A DNA stretch of 64,000 bases from Octopus vulgaris. Lineage: Eukaryota. The stretch lies in the NCBI GenBank assembly GCA_951406725.2, contig OX597838.1, forward strand, positions 44,764,001 to 44,828,000, in the 5' to 3' direction. The notes under the pieces were generated by a model. It saw only the letters and a program-made list of their open reading frames with translations, was not told where the DNA came from and searched no databases. Shown here piece after piece: positions 24,888 through 41,170 of this stretch (the first letter of the stretch is position 1; the number at the start of each line of letters is the position of its first letter). The translations under genes were made by a program, and so were the position numbers.

Positions 24888-25133
24888 AAAATGAAAGAAT
24901 GGAGTTGAACGACGAATTAACAAAATTCCTTTATTTTATTTTCGACATATGTTTCGAAGGCTACATATTCCTAATTTCGAAGGAATAAGGGGTGCATTGC
25001 GCCGCCTTCTCATCTGGAAAAACAAGGAACTTATGTCAGCATCAAGATGCACAAAAACTTTTAGATAATATCGCTATAGGCTCCGTGTGGGCAGCCATCT
25101 AAACGCTTTTGTGCATCTTGATGCTGACATAAG
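24888..25133. mobile_element. Foldback terminus copy 2 with HHR at 24939-25021 (-)
   Basis: Left arm nearly identical to copy 1; loop 25067-25096. Confidence 0.8.
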
Positions 25134-25202
25134 GAGACAAAAAAGAAAAAGAGCAAAAACTACAGACTATGAAATAAAGAAAAATAAACTATGTAATGAA
25201 AA

Positions 25203-27604
25203 ACATTTTGTAATGTCTAGCAACTGTTTCAGGAGGCCAGACTTACGGAATACATTTTGTAATGTGTAGCAACTGTTTCAGGAGGCCAGACTTACGGAAT
25301 ACATTTTGTAATGTCTAGCAACTGTTTCAGGAGGCCAGACTTACGGAATACATTTTGTAATGTCTAGCAACTGTTTCAGGAGGCCAGACTTACGGAATAC
25401 ATTTTGTAATGTGTAGCAACTGTTTCAGGAGGCCAGACTTACGGAATACATTTTGTAATGTGTAGCAACTGTTTCAGGAGGCCAGACTTACGGAATACAT
25501 TTTGTAATGTCTAGCAACTGTTTCAGGAGGCCAGACTTACGGAATACATTTTGTAATGTCTAGCAACTGTTTCAGGAGGCCAGACTTACGGAATACATTT
25601 TGTAATGTCTAGCAACTGTTTCAGGAGGCCAGACTTACGGAATACATTTTGTAATGTGTAGCAACTGTTTCAGGAGGCCAGACTTACGGAATACATTTTG
25701 TAATGTGTAGCAACTGTTTCAGGAGGCCAGACTTACGGAATACATTTTGTAATGTCTAGCAACTGTTTCAGGAGGCCAGACTTACGGAATACATTTTGTA
25801 ATGTCTAGCAACTGTTTCAGGAGGCCAGACTTACGGAATACATTTTGTAATGTGTAGCAACTGTTTCAGGAGGCCAGACTTACGGAATACATTTTGTAAT
25901 GTGTAGCAACTGTTTCAGGAGGCCAGACTTACGGAATACATTTTGTAATGTCTAGCAACTGTTTCAGGAGGCCAGACTTACGGAATACATTTTGTAATGT
26001 CTAGCAACTGTTTCAGGAGGCCAGACTTACGGAATACATTTTGTAATGTCTAGCAACTGTTTCAGGAGGCCAGACTTACGGAATACATTTTGTAATGTCT
26101 AGCAACTGTTTCAGGAGGCCAGACTTACGGAATACATTTTGTAATGTCTAGCAACTGTTTCAGGAGGCCAGACTTACGGAATACATTTTGTAATGTCTAG
26201 CAACTGTTTCAGGAGGCCAGACTTACGGAATACATTTTGTAATGTCTAGCAACTGTTTCAGGAGGCCAGACTTACGGAATACATTTTGTAATGTCTAGCA
26301 ACTGTTTCAGGAGGCCAGACTTACGGAATACATTTTGTAATGTCTAGCAACTGTTTCAGGAGGCCAGACTTACGGAATACATTTTGTAATGTGTAGCAAC
26401 TGTTTCAGGAGGCCAGACTTACGGAATACATTTTGTAATGTCTAGCAACTGTTTCAGGAGGCCAGACTTACGGAATACATTTTGTAATGTCTAGCAACTG
26501 TTTCAGGAGGCCAGACTTACGGAATACATTTTGTAATGTCTAGCAACTGTTTCAGGAGGCCAGACTTACGGAATACATTTTGTAATGTCTAGCAACTGTT
26601 TCAGGAGGCCAGACTTACGGAATACATTTTGTAATGTCTAGCAACTGTTTCAGGAGGCCAGACTTACGGAATACATTTTGTAATGTCTAGCAACTGTTTC
26701 AGGAGGCCAGACTTACGGAATACATTTTGTAATGTCTAGCAACTGTTTCAGGAGGCCAGACTTACGGAATACATTTTGTAATGTCTAGCAACTGTTTCAG
26801 GAGGCCAGACTTACGGAATACATTTTGTAATGTCTAGCAACTGTTTCAGGAGGCCAGACTTACGGAATACATTTTGTAATGTCTAGCAACTGTTTCAGGA
26901 GGCCAGACTTACGGAATACATTTTGTAATGTCTAGCAACTGTTTCAGGAGGCCAGACTTACGGAATACATTTTGTAATGTCTAGCAACTGTTTCAGGAGG
27001 CCAGACTTACGGAATACATTTTGTAATGTCTAGCAACTGTTTCAGGAGGCCAGACTTACGGAATACATTTTGTAATGTCTAGCAACTGTTTCAGGAGGCC
27101 AGACTTACGGAATACATTTTGTAATGTCTAGCAACTGTTTCAGGAGGCCAGACTTACGGAATACATTTTGTAATGTCTAGCAACTGTTTCAGGAGGCCAG
27201 ACTTACGGAATACATTTTGTAATGTCTAGCAACTGTTTCAGGAGGCCAGACTTACGGAATACATTTTGTAATGTCTAGCAACTGTTTCAGGAGGCCAGAC
27301 TTACGGAATACATTTTGTAATGTCTAGCAACTGTTTCAGGAGGCCAGACTTACGGAATACATTTTGTAATGTCTAGCAACTGTTTCAGGAGGCCAGACTT
27401 ACGGAATACATTTTGTAATGTCTAGCAACTGTTTCAGGAGGCCAGACTTACGGAATACATTTTGTAATGTCTAGCAACTGTTTCAGGAGGCCAGACTTAC
27501 GGAATACATTTTGTAATGTCTAGCAACTGTTTCAGGAGGCCAGACTTACGGAATACATTTTGTAATGTCTAGCAACTGTTTCAGGAGGCCAGACTTACGG
27601 AATA
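25203..27604. repeat. 49-bp tandem array, ~49 copies
   Basis: Unit gcaactgtttcaggaggccagacttacggaatacattttgtaatgt(c/g)ta; only one variable site seen. Confidence 0.98.
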
Positions 27605-28079
27605 AACTTATTCATCAGTGATATGTGCATGATGTATGTGTGCGATCATTGACCAAAACAGAACAGATTAAATTGTTCGGTAATTTAAGTCTCCTTGTTT
27701 TAAAGAAGAGAGGGTTTAATAACATTTACAATTATAAAGATTTAAAGGGAAGAGAGAGGGATACGGGTTGAGGGAAGTGGACGGAGTGAGAGAAAGAGAG
27801 AGAGGGAGCTAGCTATGAGGCTAGGCAGGATGAAGCACAACGAAACAAAGATCAGATATAAAAAAGATAAAGTTAATAGCTAAGCGAAAGAAATCGTAGT
27901 CAGATCAACCTGACAGGGATCAAAGTAATCGTACTTCGATAATAAAAAAGTGGGGTTAAAGTTCTCAGAAGCAATAGACGTTGAGGTATTGGAAGATTAA
28001 GTGTAGAATAGTAACAGAGAAGAGAAAAGAATTTTAGAAAAGATGAAGAGTTATTAAAATGACTTTACATAATGAGCAA

Positions 28080-29240
28080 AGGTGTTAATGAATTTGTGTC
28101 TGCATGAGATTACGTTAGAGAATCGATGAAGTATTGTTAGCGATTTCTGGCAGTTGTAATTTATAAACGCAAAGGTTAACGTTGTATGGGGCTTCACCAC
28201 AAACTACTGACCAGTCTTAGTTATACGATATGTCCTGGGATTTGGAGCGGTGTATATAGGCGGCTAAGGACGTAGATATTTTTAGAAGCCCAATTTGAGA
28301 AGGAGCGCTGCTAAGCAACGTAGTATCGCTTGAAGTCGATGACACACCCTCAGAAAACCATAGCCTGGTGAGACCATGGAGTTGTGACCAGACATTTATA
28401 TACCCATTTTAAGGAATTTGGAGGGAGACTCGCAACTACAAGTTGTCGAGTAACCTACGCTGCTCATTCAATACGATCGCTTATATTAGAGGTAAGGACA
28501 GGGGTGTTCTACTACGTCTCAACTTTAGAGGTAGGAGGAGTTTGATGATCAGGGAAAGGTAAATCTAGCTTGTAGTTTTAGCCAATAGGCGGACCTAGTT
28601 GATATCGGTTACCTTGGGTAGTATTTATATCGGGGGCGAGGCTACTGAGGTTAGGAAGAACAGGGCTTCGAAGATCAGTATTAGAATTCATTGCTATATA
28701 ATACAAAAGTAGTACGAGGATTCCGAATGTGGGTTAAAATCCTCTCTGATTAGGCTATATATGAGTTAATGGAAGTATTCATTCGCAAGGATTACAGCAG
28801 TTTATGCCGCTGATTGCAAGGGCATTCGTGTCATCCCCGATATTGCAATGCTAAGCAGGATTTTCCAAAATTATGGTGTTATTATTGACTTGGTTGAGGT
28901 GAGGGCCAATATGGTTGATTCAGCGGACTCGTAGTCAGTAGGTTAATTTTGCGTCTGTTAGAAGCTGAAATCTCAAATACGATGTTAGGGAAGATGAAAA
29001 TTTAACCAATGGCTTGTTTAAAATGTAATAAGAATTATGGTAGGGTGGGAAATTGAGCATCCGGTTTTAAAGAACACTACGCGAACAATGGGATCTCACA
29101 TTTTCTCCCGTGAAAGGTATTACTATTTCTGTGTGGGTAGGCTGGTTTGGCTGGGTTTCTCGGAATTTATTCGACCTCAGGGCTGGCCGGTGTAGTGGTC
29201 CAGTGTTAGACCCGAGGAACCTTACTACAATTGTAATGTC
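28080..29240 (-). pseudogene. Heavily decayed Penelope-like RT-thumb/GIY-YIG region (different clade from 7259-9522)
   Basis: Fragments across frames: NFPPYHNSYYILNK, PNIVFEISASNRRKI, TCSC, KCLV...QAMV, DFKRYY..QRSFSN, STSLAAYI, NLCV, SNVISCRHKF. Confidence 0.65.
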
Positions 29241-29438
29241 TTTGTCTACTTTACTACATCTATATATGTATCATATGTATGTGTGTCTACACAGGCACAC
29301 ACACGCGCACACATATATGTATGTGTATATATATTATATACACTATATATATATACATGATGTGTGATGTATAATGTATAAGATATATATATATATATAG
29401 AAAGAGAGAGGGAGAGATACATAGAAAGTTGGATAGAT

Positions 29439-29495
<57 letters not shown>

Positions 29496-29497
29496 AT

Positions 29498-29588
<91 letters not shown>

Positions 29589-29599
29589 TATATATATAT

Positions 29600-29663
<64 letters not shown>

Positions 29664-29943
29664 TGAATACATATATTGATAAGTGCCGCCAGAGTTCCGT
29701 CGGATGATTCCTTCAAGCTTAACGAAAAAAAAAAAAAAAAGAATACTCCATATCTCCAGCAGCAAAATCCTTCGAAGTCACTGTTTCTTTTGTCACATTA
29801 CCCTCTCCAGTACAATACTTCACAGATATTACACTCTATCTTCAATCTCATATTAACTAAATCCTCGAAGTTTTAATACATAGAAAATACATGTCTATAT
29901 ATTCATGCATATAGGGTTATACATATGTGTCTGTGTGCGTGTC

Positions 29944-30033
<90 letters not shown>

Positions 30034-31307
30034 TGTGTATGCGTGTATATGTGTATGCATACATGAGTGTATGTATGTATATGTGTGTATATATATATAC
30101 ATATGTACATACATATATATATACATATATATATGTATATCCATATATATATTTGTATATACACACAGACATACGCACATATATATCTGCATAAACACAT
30201 ATATACATGCAATCTTACATACATATATATACTCACATGCGTGCGGGCGACACACATACACACACACACACACACATTTATATATACGTGGAAGTTAATG
30301 AGAAAAAGAAAGAGACTGTATACACTTGTGTATGTCTGTATGTTTGTGTGTGTATGTATCTGTACGTTGCAGCGTATACGCGCACGTGTGTATATACGCG
30401 CGCGCTCGCGTGAGGAAAGGGCAGAGGAGGAAAAAGAAGGAGTAACATTAAAAGATGGAAAGACAAGGAAGAAAGTTAAACAGAAAGGAAGAGTACGACG
30501 TGGATCGAACACTAAACGGCATGTTTACGACTGCCACCACCTGTAATAAAGCCTAGGCACCTTTTCCTCCCATCAACATTTGATCCTACCCCGAACAGGC
30601 ATCGTTTACCCATCACCTTTTCAATGGTTGAATGGTTTTAGTAGGAATTCTGTTGTTTTTTGTCAATTATAATTTCCACGCACTTGTTCCATCGCTACCA
30701 CCCCCTCCACCATAACTCCCACTACTGCTGTCACCTACTCTGTGCGTTTATCTACTGCATGTGCGAGAGAGAGAGAGAGAGAGAAGGGGGAAAGATAACG
30801 TGTAGGTTTGTGTGAGTGTGTGTGTGTGCGTGCGTGTGTTATGCATGTGTGTGTGTGCGTGTGTGTGCGTGTCTATCTGTTCGTGTGTGTGTGTGTGTGC
30901 GTGTGTATGTTATTGTCTCTGGCTCTTCGACTTCAATTTTTTTCTGTTCTCACTGCTTCCCTCCCACCATTACTCCCAGACTGACTCTCTCCCTCTCTGT
31001 CATATTCTGTAGCTAATCTCCCCCTCTCTCTCATCCCGACTACCTCTCTCCTTCTTTCTGTCGTTCTCCCTCTGTCACCATCCCAACGTCTCTATCTTTC
31101 TCTATATCTATCTATCTATCTATCTATCTATCTCTATATCTCTTTATCTTCTTCAATCTCGTTTTCTTTTTCATTACTTCCTCTCTCTCTGTTCTTACCC
31201 TCCTTCTATTCTCTCTGTCTGCCTCTCTCCCCCCCTTCTCTCCATCTCTCTGTCTTTCTTGATATTTGTCTCGTTTGTCATCCCTTCCCACACTCCAAAC
31301 ATCTCTT

Positions 31308-31338
<31 letters not shown>

Positions 31339-31867
31339 TTCATTCACTCTCGTTTCATGATCGCTCTCCTCGCGCTCTCCCTCCTATAACATAACTTTCT
31401 CTATTATCCGCTTCATCTCTCTAAACGCCTCCCTTTTCCACTCTCCCTCTCTTGCTCTCCATCACTCTCAATACTCACCTCATTTCTTACACATTCTGTC
31501 TCTCTCTCTCTCTCTCCCTCTCTCTGTTGTCTCTGTGTTATTATCATTATTATTACTATTATTATTATTATTATCACAACTTGTCATTTGTCTCTGCTAT
31601 ATTTATCAACTCTACGGATTCTGGGGACGACAAAAAACAACAACAACAACAACAACGCAAACCAGCGGTAGGACCACGTTTCATTCTTAAATTCGCATAT
31701 TTATTCACTATATACGCATATATATATATGCACAAATATTTATGTGCGCGTGTATGCGCGTGTGCGCATGTGTGCGTGTGTGCGTATGTGTGTGCGTGTT
31801 CGTGTGTGTGCGCGTGTGTTCGTCTACAAATAATATATATGTAATATACATGTATTATAGAGTAGGT

Positions 31868-31914
<47 letters not shown>

Positions 31915-32165
31915 TACATACATATATATACATATATACATACATATATATACATATATATATACATATATATACATATATATATACATATATATGTATG
32001 TATATATGCATGCATGCATCGCATAATATATATATGTGTGTGCGTGCTTGTATGTATGTGTATATATGTAATTATGTGCACTTCCATTTTAGCCCTTGCA
32101 ACTATAAACAACACACACACACACACATATATATCTATAAACGTATATATATATAATATATATAC

Positions 32166-32228
<63 letters not shown>

Positions 32229-32384
32229 TATGCATCTAAGCATAAATACATACATTTCTATGTAAACAAACTTACATACACTACAGAAAACGCGCTCTCA
32301 ACAAGCCGTTTATCGTAAAAATTTTGATAAATTACTTCTTAATTTGAATGAAAATTTATTATCATTATCCTTAAAATAATAATA

Positions 32385-32530
<146 letters not shown>

Positions 32531-32663
32531 GTTATTGTCATCCGCCTCATCATCATCATCACACCGTCATCCTCATCCTCTTCATCACCGTTACCTTCAT
32601 CATTTTTCTTACAGCACGTTCTCGTTTATACATGCGCACACATACATACTCGCATACACACAC

Positions 32664-32744
<81 letters not shown>

Positions 32745-34283
32745 CGCGTGTGTGAGACCGTGTATGTGTATATATGTATATATATATATATATAAGTACA
32801 CATATACATATATGTAACATACATTTATTATTGAATAGGTAACACTATATATATATATATATACATACATTCATGCATGCTTATATGTGTGTGTATGTTT
32901 GTTTGTTTGTATGCGTATATATGTAATTAGGCACGCATTCATTTTAGTCCTGCATACATAAACGTATATACCCGCATATACATCCATTTATTCACAGCTG
33001 CATTGATGCATACCTACATATAAACAAATTTGGAGATTAGTCTTCCGGTGTCAATGATATAAACTCCAGCTATAATCTGTGGTCGGTTGAATTGTCTGTA
33101 CTCAGCCACCATAGACAATATTCATGGTGGCTGAGTACACGTTGTTATTATCATTGTTGTTTTTATAATTATTATCATTTATCTGGCTTTGTATTTTCCT
33201 GGTGGCTTAGTACATGTTGTTATTATCATTGTTGTTTTTATAATTATTATCATTCATCCGGCTTTGTACTAAAATTTTAAATCATCATCATTATCATTAT
33301 TTATACATTCATCGTCGCTGTCGTCGTCATCGTCATGAGGATAGTGGCTATCGAAATTTAAAAGGTACACAAATGCACTTCATATTGGTATCCTGTCAAT
33401 TCCTCCGTAGATTCTGTTCTTCAAATGTTTTTATATTTTACCTTAACTGGATAAATACGCGAATAGTACAGGGCGTTTTGCTGATTAATACGAATATGCA
33501 CCACCACCACTCTTACCGAAATTTCTGGTAACATGCGTGATCCTTCAGATTGGAGAACAACAGATGGTTGAGGGATTTTGCCTTTAATGGTCAGATTGAT
33601 GTTGTATCCCTAAGGTTCTGTGTTTGGCTCTAAAAACTCTCTTTTATCAAGAGGGCGGCATAATCTTTTCATCTATGTGTAAATATATCACGCCTGTGCT
33701 CCTGCTATTTTTCTTGTCTGATATTCCGTAAAGGCTTACCCAAATTAAAACATGTTTGGCAATGCTCCCATCACCTGACGGCCTATCTTTACAAATAAAC
33801 AGAAATCATTCTCTTATATGTTGGTTATGACTAAGGCAAGATGAGAGTGAAAATTTAAGAAGGCTGAAATAATTTACAGAATGACTTTCATCTCCGGTCA
33901 AATCGTATTCGAATTATTTTATGTTCCAGAAGCAATGGAAAAGGAGGATTGATAAGGAGAGCTCTGGGCTTATGTAACTGGAGCAGTAATAAGCATGCGC
34001 ATGTAGATTGGCGAACAACTGTTACGCGAGGGATCGTACTCTGCTCTTCGTGGTCAGGGTAGACCTGTTCTGGATCCGTGGGGCAGGAATCTTTGATTGG
34101 ACATAGCTAGATGTTCGCCTCCCTCTGGAGAATTGAATTATTTAGTGTTAGCGTTTTATGTATATTAACAATACCTTGATCCGATTTCTCACACTGCTCT
34201 CATGTTCCTTTCACTAGTTTTTAGGTAAACCCTGCACAAATTATAAGTTGCCCTTATGTCCGCTATATGTGGGAAATCAAAGC

Positions 34284-34284
<1 letters not shown>

Positions 34285-34318
<34 letters not shown>

Positions 34319-34398
34319 ACATCATCATCATCATAATCATCACCATTATCATCATCATCATCGTCATCGTCATCATCGTCATCATCGTCATCATTATC

Positions 34399-34430
<32 letters not shown>

Positions 34431-34450
34431 CATCATCATCGTCATCATCG

Positions 34451-34489
<39 letters not shown>

Positions 34490-34575
34490 CTATCATCATC
34501 ATCATCATCTTCTTCTTCTTCTTCTTCTTCTTCTTCTTCTTCTTCTTCTTCTTCTTCTTCTTCTTCTTCTTCTTC
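34285..34575. repeat. (CAT)n/(CTT)n compound microsatellite
   Basis: Direct reading. Confidence 0.95.
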
Positions 34576-34895
34576 ATTGTCATCACCATATCGACATTAT
34601 TCTTATTTCATCCTCGGTCCGTGCAGACACCACCGTCAGAATTAGAACCTGAAAAAAAAAAAAGACTCGACAATAGGTAAATAATTCTTAAATGTCAGTT
34701 GTTATTGATTTCACCTCCATTAAACCACACCTGTGGTCTTACTCTACCTTAGCAAATGTTCTTTTCTTATCTTCATAAGTTGCATACAATATTTCTCATT
34801 TCCATTTCTCTCTATGCATCTCTCTGTCTGTGTATAAATATATGTCATCTCTCTTTCTCCCTCTTTCTCTATCTATCTATCTTTTGTACGCTCTT

Positions 34896-34932
<37 letters not shown>

Positions 34933-35209
34933 ATATGTACATATATACACTTACACACACACAAACTAACACACCTCTGTTATTTTTAATCGGCAAAATA
35001 ATCTTAGGTGGCGAGAGTACTGAGCGTGTATTCTGGTTCGAAACGCTCAGCCCTTGATGCACTTTTACGACTCGCAACCCACTAAAGATATCGAAGAGGA
35101 GAAACATGCATATACTGGGTGTTATGCACGTACGCACATACATACATGTATATATATATATATATATATGTATGTATACAGGCATACATACATGCATACA
35201 TACATACAT

Positions 35210-35246
<37 letters not shown>

Positions 35247-35256
35247 TAATATATAT

Positions 35257-35287
<31 letters not shown>

Positions 35288-35362
35288 CACACATATATAT
35301 ATACACACATATAAACGCATACATATATGTTTGCAAAGATACACATACTCACAAGTATGTAT

Positions 35363-36425
<1,063 letters not shown>

Positions 36426-36518
36426 AAAGTTTATATGTGTGTGTGTGAGTGTGTGTGTGTATGTATAACAAATAACGATATATATATATATGTGTGTGGG
36501 TGTCTGTGTGTATACATG

Positions 36519-36552
<34 letters not shown>

Positions 36553-37202
36553 CATGTATCTATCTATTTATCTATCAATCTTTATAACAACAACAATAAC
36601 AATAATAATAATAATAATAATAATAACTATGATGCAACTCAGAAAATCTATCTCACTAGTTAGTATCGATAAAACGGTACCCAGCATAATGAAATAGTAG
36701 CTTTATTTGCACACCCGTAACGTTATCTAAACGAATTGCATATATATATACACACACACTTTCTTTCTATAAGTAACAAGTAATCGCTAAGCCGTGCTCT
36801 AGTATCCCATAGGAAAACTCCTCCACATACACGACTCCATAGTAATTGCATAGCTTTTCACACAAACACCCTGTGACTAACAGACGGATATAGACATTAC
36901 AAAGCTCCACAGCATTGCATATGTATGCAATGCCTCACACAAAGCAAGTTTCTCACAACCACATTCACTTCTAACTGACAACTGTAATTCACACGCAGAC
37001 ACATGATGAGAAAAACATACTCCATTCGCTCCCATCTTCCATCAAGAATTTACTTGCACACATCGTCTGGCACCGGTTCAGTTTTGAACTTCTATAAAAT
37101 TATATTTTGACCATAACCTTACACTAACTTTAAATCTGTGCACATAACTGTCCGTTTGTGCTGGTTAGTGTATACATACGAACGTACATACACACATACA
37201 TA

Positions 37203-37252
<50 letters not shown>

Positions 37253-37301
37253 CATACGTATATATATATATACATGTGTACATACATAAATAATACATAT
37301 A

Positions 37302-37353
<52 letters not shown>

Positions 37354-37370
37354 TATACATGTGTACATAC

Positions 37371-37433
<63 letters not shown>

Positions 37434-37446
37434 GTATATATATATA

Positions 37447-37653
37447 AGGCGAACTAGCAGAAAAGGTAGCGCACAGGACGAAATGCTTAGCGATATTTCG
37501 TCTGTCTTTACGTTCTGAGTTCAAATTCCGCCGAGGTCGACTATGTCTTTCGTCCTTTCAAGGTCGATAAATTAAGTACCAGTTGCGTACTGTAGTCCAT
37601 GTAATCGACTGGACCCCCTCCGCCAAAATTAGGGGCCTTGTGCCTAGAGTAGA
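37447..37653 (+). mobile_element. SINE family C (Meta-domain-like)
   Basis: B box GAGTTCAAATTCC then 'gaggtcgactatgtctttcgtcctttcaaggtcgataaattaagtacc'. Confidence 0.8.
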
Positions 37654-37794
37654 ATATTTATATATACGTGCGCGTATGTGTGTGTGTGTGTGTGAGAGAG
37701 TTTATATATATATATAGTGATATGCGATATTTGCACATTCACATAGATAATATATACATAATTTTGTAGATATATTCAACATATATACATGCAT

Positions 37795-37925
37795 TCGGCA
37801 AGAGTGACCGATAGAATAAGTACTAGGCTTCTAAAGAATAAGCCCTGGGTCGATTTGATCGACTAAAGGCAATGCTCCAGCATGGCCACAGTCAAATGAC
37901 TGAAAAAATAAAAGAAAGTAAAAAA
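37795..37925 (+). mobile_element. SINE family A, 3' fragment
   Basis: 'gaccgatagaataagtactaggctt...gctccagcatggccacagtcaaatgactgaaa'. Confidence 0.8.
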
Positions 37926-37939
37926 AAGAAAGTATATAT

Positions 37940-37995
<56 letters not shown>

Positions 37996-38669
37996 TTGCA
38001 CATATATATCTGCATACATATGTATATATATGCATGTATATATGCATTTCTGCATGTGTGTGTGTATTTTATATCAATATGCGTAAACGTGTGCAATATG
38101 TTAACAAACGTTCATTGTTTTCCTGTGAGTGCATTAAACACATGTATGTAAACGCTTTTATAAATTCACATATTGTCGATAAATATTCAGGTACGTATAA
38201 TCAAATACATACATCTTATACGCATATGCATTATGAACCTCACCCATGATTGTTGCACTAAAGTAAATGCGTGTGCTTGCGTATAGTTCATTGTACGTTA
38301 GAGTAATATTAACATATATCGATTTGATGAATTGGTGCTGAGCCATACATTTCGTTTGAGAGCCAGAGTCGATTAAATTGACACAAACATGTGATCAATA
38401 GATCTTTCATTGGCCCCGAGAGGATAAACGACAACGTCAATCGCCGATGTAATTTGAACGCCTAACACAAATAACCGTGACAGAGCAAATCATTTTACCA
38501 ACGCTTCAGTGATTCTGCTCGTAAGTAAAACCCTTAAAACGAGGGGACAAATAACCTGCCTTCTTACCTACAATGCCTTAATGCTAATAATAATAGATAG
38601 TATATAAATTCTTAGGAGAAAAAATTTGTCGTGAAAGTAATAACTGTTTCAGTAACTGTGTTTCAGTAT

Positions 38670-39320
38670 CTCAATTAACGACTTAGATAAACTGATATGC
38701 GAAAACTGCTGGAAGAGAAAGATGGGTCTGAGCATTGCGTAGATTGATTATCAGTAGGCAATTGCAAGATAATTAGTCATCTCTTATACGTGGATGATCT
38801 CATGATATAAACGGCAAGTGATAAAAAAGTAGAAACCTTCCTGCAGATAGTACATGGATTCACCCAAGAAATAAATATTAGTTTGGAGAAATGCGCCCAA
38901 GCAACTTTGAAGGAAGAAAAATTGATTAGATATTATGCTAGATACAGAAATGCAGATACGATAATTAGCTCCAACATATACATGTAAAAGAGACATACTT
39001 AGGTATTAATGTACTAGAGTGTGTCAAAGAGGCAGAAATGAAAGAAACACATTGGAAAGGACTATTGTTGATCCATTACCTGAATATCTAAAACGGCTAA
39101 ATGCAAAAAAATAAGAAAAACAAAAGATGATAACAGGCACCAGTAATTTAGCTGCCGTAATAATAGGCTGTTGTAATATTCTACACGAGCTAGCAAAACG
39201 GAAGAAAAACTGGAAGACTAATCACTATATTTAGAATAATCCTACGCGAAAGATTATGTTTACAACTTGAACAGGTTGACAGAAGACTTATGCAGTTAGA
39301 AAACTATGATAGATTATCCT
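38670..39320 (+). pseudogene. Decayed R4/Dong-type RT remnant
   Basis: DKLICENCWKRKMGLSIA*IDY, ISHLLYVDDL, IVHGFTQEINISLEKCAQATL, YLGI. Confidence 0.7.
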
Positions 39321-39732
39321 TTGAAGCCTGCATATACTATTCAATAAAGAATAGCTTACAATTAGTAGAAATAACTACAAAATGCAATTAAAATCCTTTT
39401 TAGTTCCGCCGGGAAGCCAAAAATGCCAAACAAAAGGTGAAATGAGAGATACACGTGGAAAACAAAAAAGAAAAAGGAGATAATATCAGAAGTTCGGACA
39501 ATTCTAACTTTTAATCTACAAATTGGGGAACTGAATTCTATAATGAAACTACGGGGGAAAATACCTAATATGTCAAGTAGCTGAAGAAAAATGACTGAGT
39601 GGAAACAGACAATTGGTCTTCGTTAGACGGGTGAAAAATGGCGAGAATCAATGCTGGAACGAGATGTTACTCATATTCTTGGAGCACAGGAGAGTTGTCA
39701 GTAGTGGAATGAAAGCTTGAAATAAAGGTAAA

Positions 39733-39782
<50 letters not shown>

Positions 39783-39874
39783 CGCTAAGCATTTTGTCCG
39801 GCATGCTAACAATTCTGCCTGCTCTCCGCCTTAACAAAAACAACAACAACAACAACAACAACAACAATAATAAC

Positions 39875-39921
<47 letters not shown>

Positions 39922-40264
39922 GACAAGGGGATGTCTGAAGAATCTAAGCAACATCTCAGGAGAACCATGTCTCAGAGAAAAGAAACTGTTCCTCTCCACA
40001 TCCACGGCTTAGACACAGGCATGTATTTCCATAGAACCTCTTCCGATGGCTAGAACACATATCCTGCTACAATATTCAGAGACCCTTCAAATTCCTCTTT
40101 CTGGAATATATGGGAGAAGTTCACCTTTAAGATGATAGAACAGTGATATGTGACGTTCATCCTCGCCTTTCGCTGGGAAAATTCCTGGGGGTAATAATGG
40201 GCTCTTTGTTATATCTCATCAGCGCTTTTCCTCTTTCTGCATTTCATAGATATTTATCTATTTC

Positions 40265-40473
40265 TTTACTACCCACAAGGGGACAAACGGATTACTACCC
40301 ACAGAGGACAAACGGATTAAGTCGATTGTAACTGGTACTTAATTTATCGACCCCCGAAAGGATGAAAGGCAAAGTCGACCCCGGCGGAATTTGAACTCAG
40401 AACGTAGCGGCAGACGAAATACGGCTACGCATTTCGCCCCCCGACGTGCTAACGATTCTGCCAGCGCGCCGCC
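40265..40473 (-). mobile_element. SINE family C
   Basis: 'ggtacttaatttatcgacccccgaaaggatgaaaggcaaagtcgacc...ggcggaatttgaactcagaacg'. Confidence 0.82.
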
Positions 40474-40964
40474 CTGTCCATAGATATTTATCAATCATTT
40501 TTGGCAATGGTATTGAAAATTTACTTGCTACTTTTGTAGCTGCTGGATTTGCCTACTGCTGCTGTTGTTGTTGTTGTTGCTGGAGGTGATTGTGGTGGTG
40601 GTGGTGGTGGTGATTTGGCTATTCTCATTTTAATTTGCATTTTCCCCGCATTTTTCTGTTGCCCTTGAAAAGTTATAACAACGTGTATCACTCACTGTTG
40701 TCCTATTTATTAATCCTCATTCATCTTTCTGCTTGTCCCCACTGTTTTCGTTTCTTCTATCTTTAGGTTTATTAGCTCCTTCCACTGCCTTACAGAACTG
40801 GCGATGTTAATAAACAAAGCAAAATGTTTATTTTTCAGAAATGCATGCAAAGGTGTAAAGTATCGCTGGAAAACCTTTTCGCTGTACTGGCATTGAGTTA
40901 GACGTTCAAATATGCCAAATTTATTGAGGACGGGAGGATAAAGACATTTCTTTTATATTTGATC

Positions 40965-41170
40965 TTTATTTTACTCGTTTTAGTCATTAATCTGCATCCA
41001 TGCTGGGGTACTACCATAAATAATTGTTAGTCGAATGATTCGACCCCAGTACTTCCTCTCTTTAAAAGCTTGGTACTTATTCTTTCGATATGCCTTGCCA
41101 AACCGCTATGTTACGGGAGTGTAAAGGTACCAACACCGGTTTTTAAGCGGGACGAACACAGACACAAAGA
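40965..41170 (-). mobile_element. SINE family A, 3' half (diverged)
   Basis: Diverged match to the family A 3' region. Confidence 0.65.

Noticed and set aside
25203-27604. CRISPR-like regular repeat array
   Set aside because: Units are contiguous with no unique spacers, there are no cas genes, and the context is eukaryotic; it is a tandem repeat.
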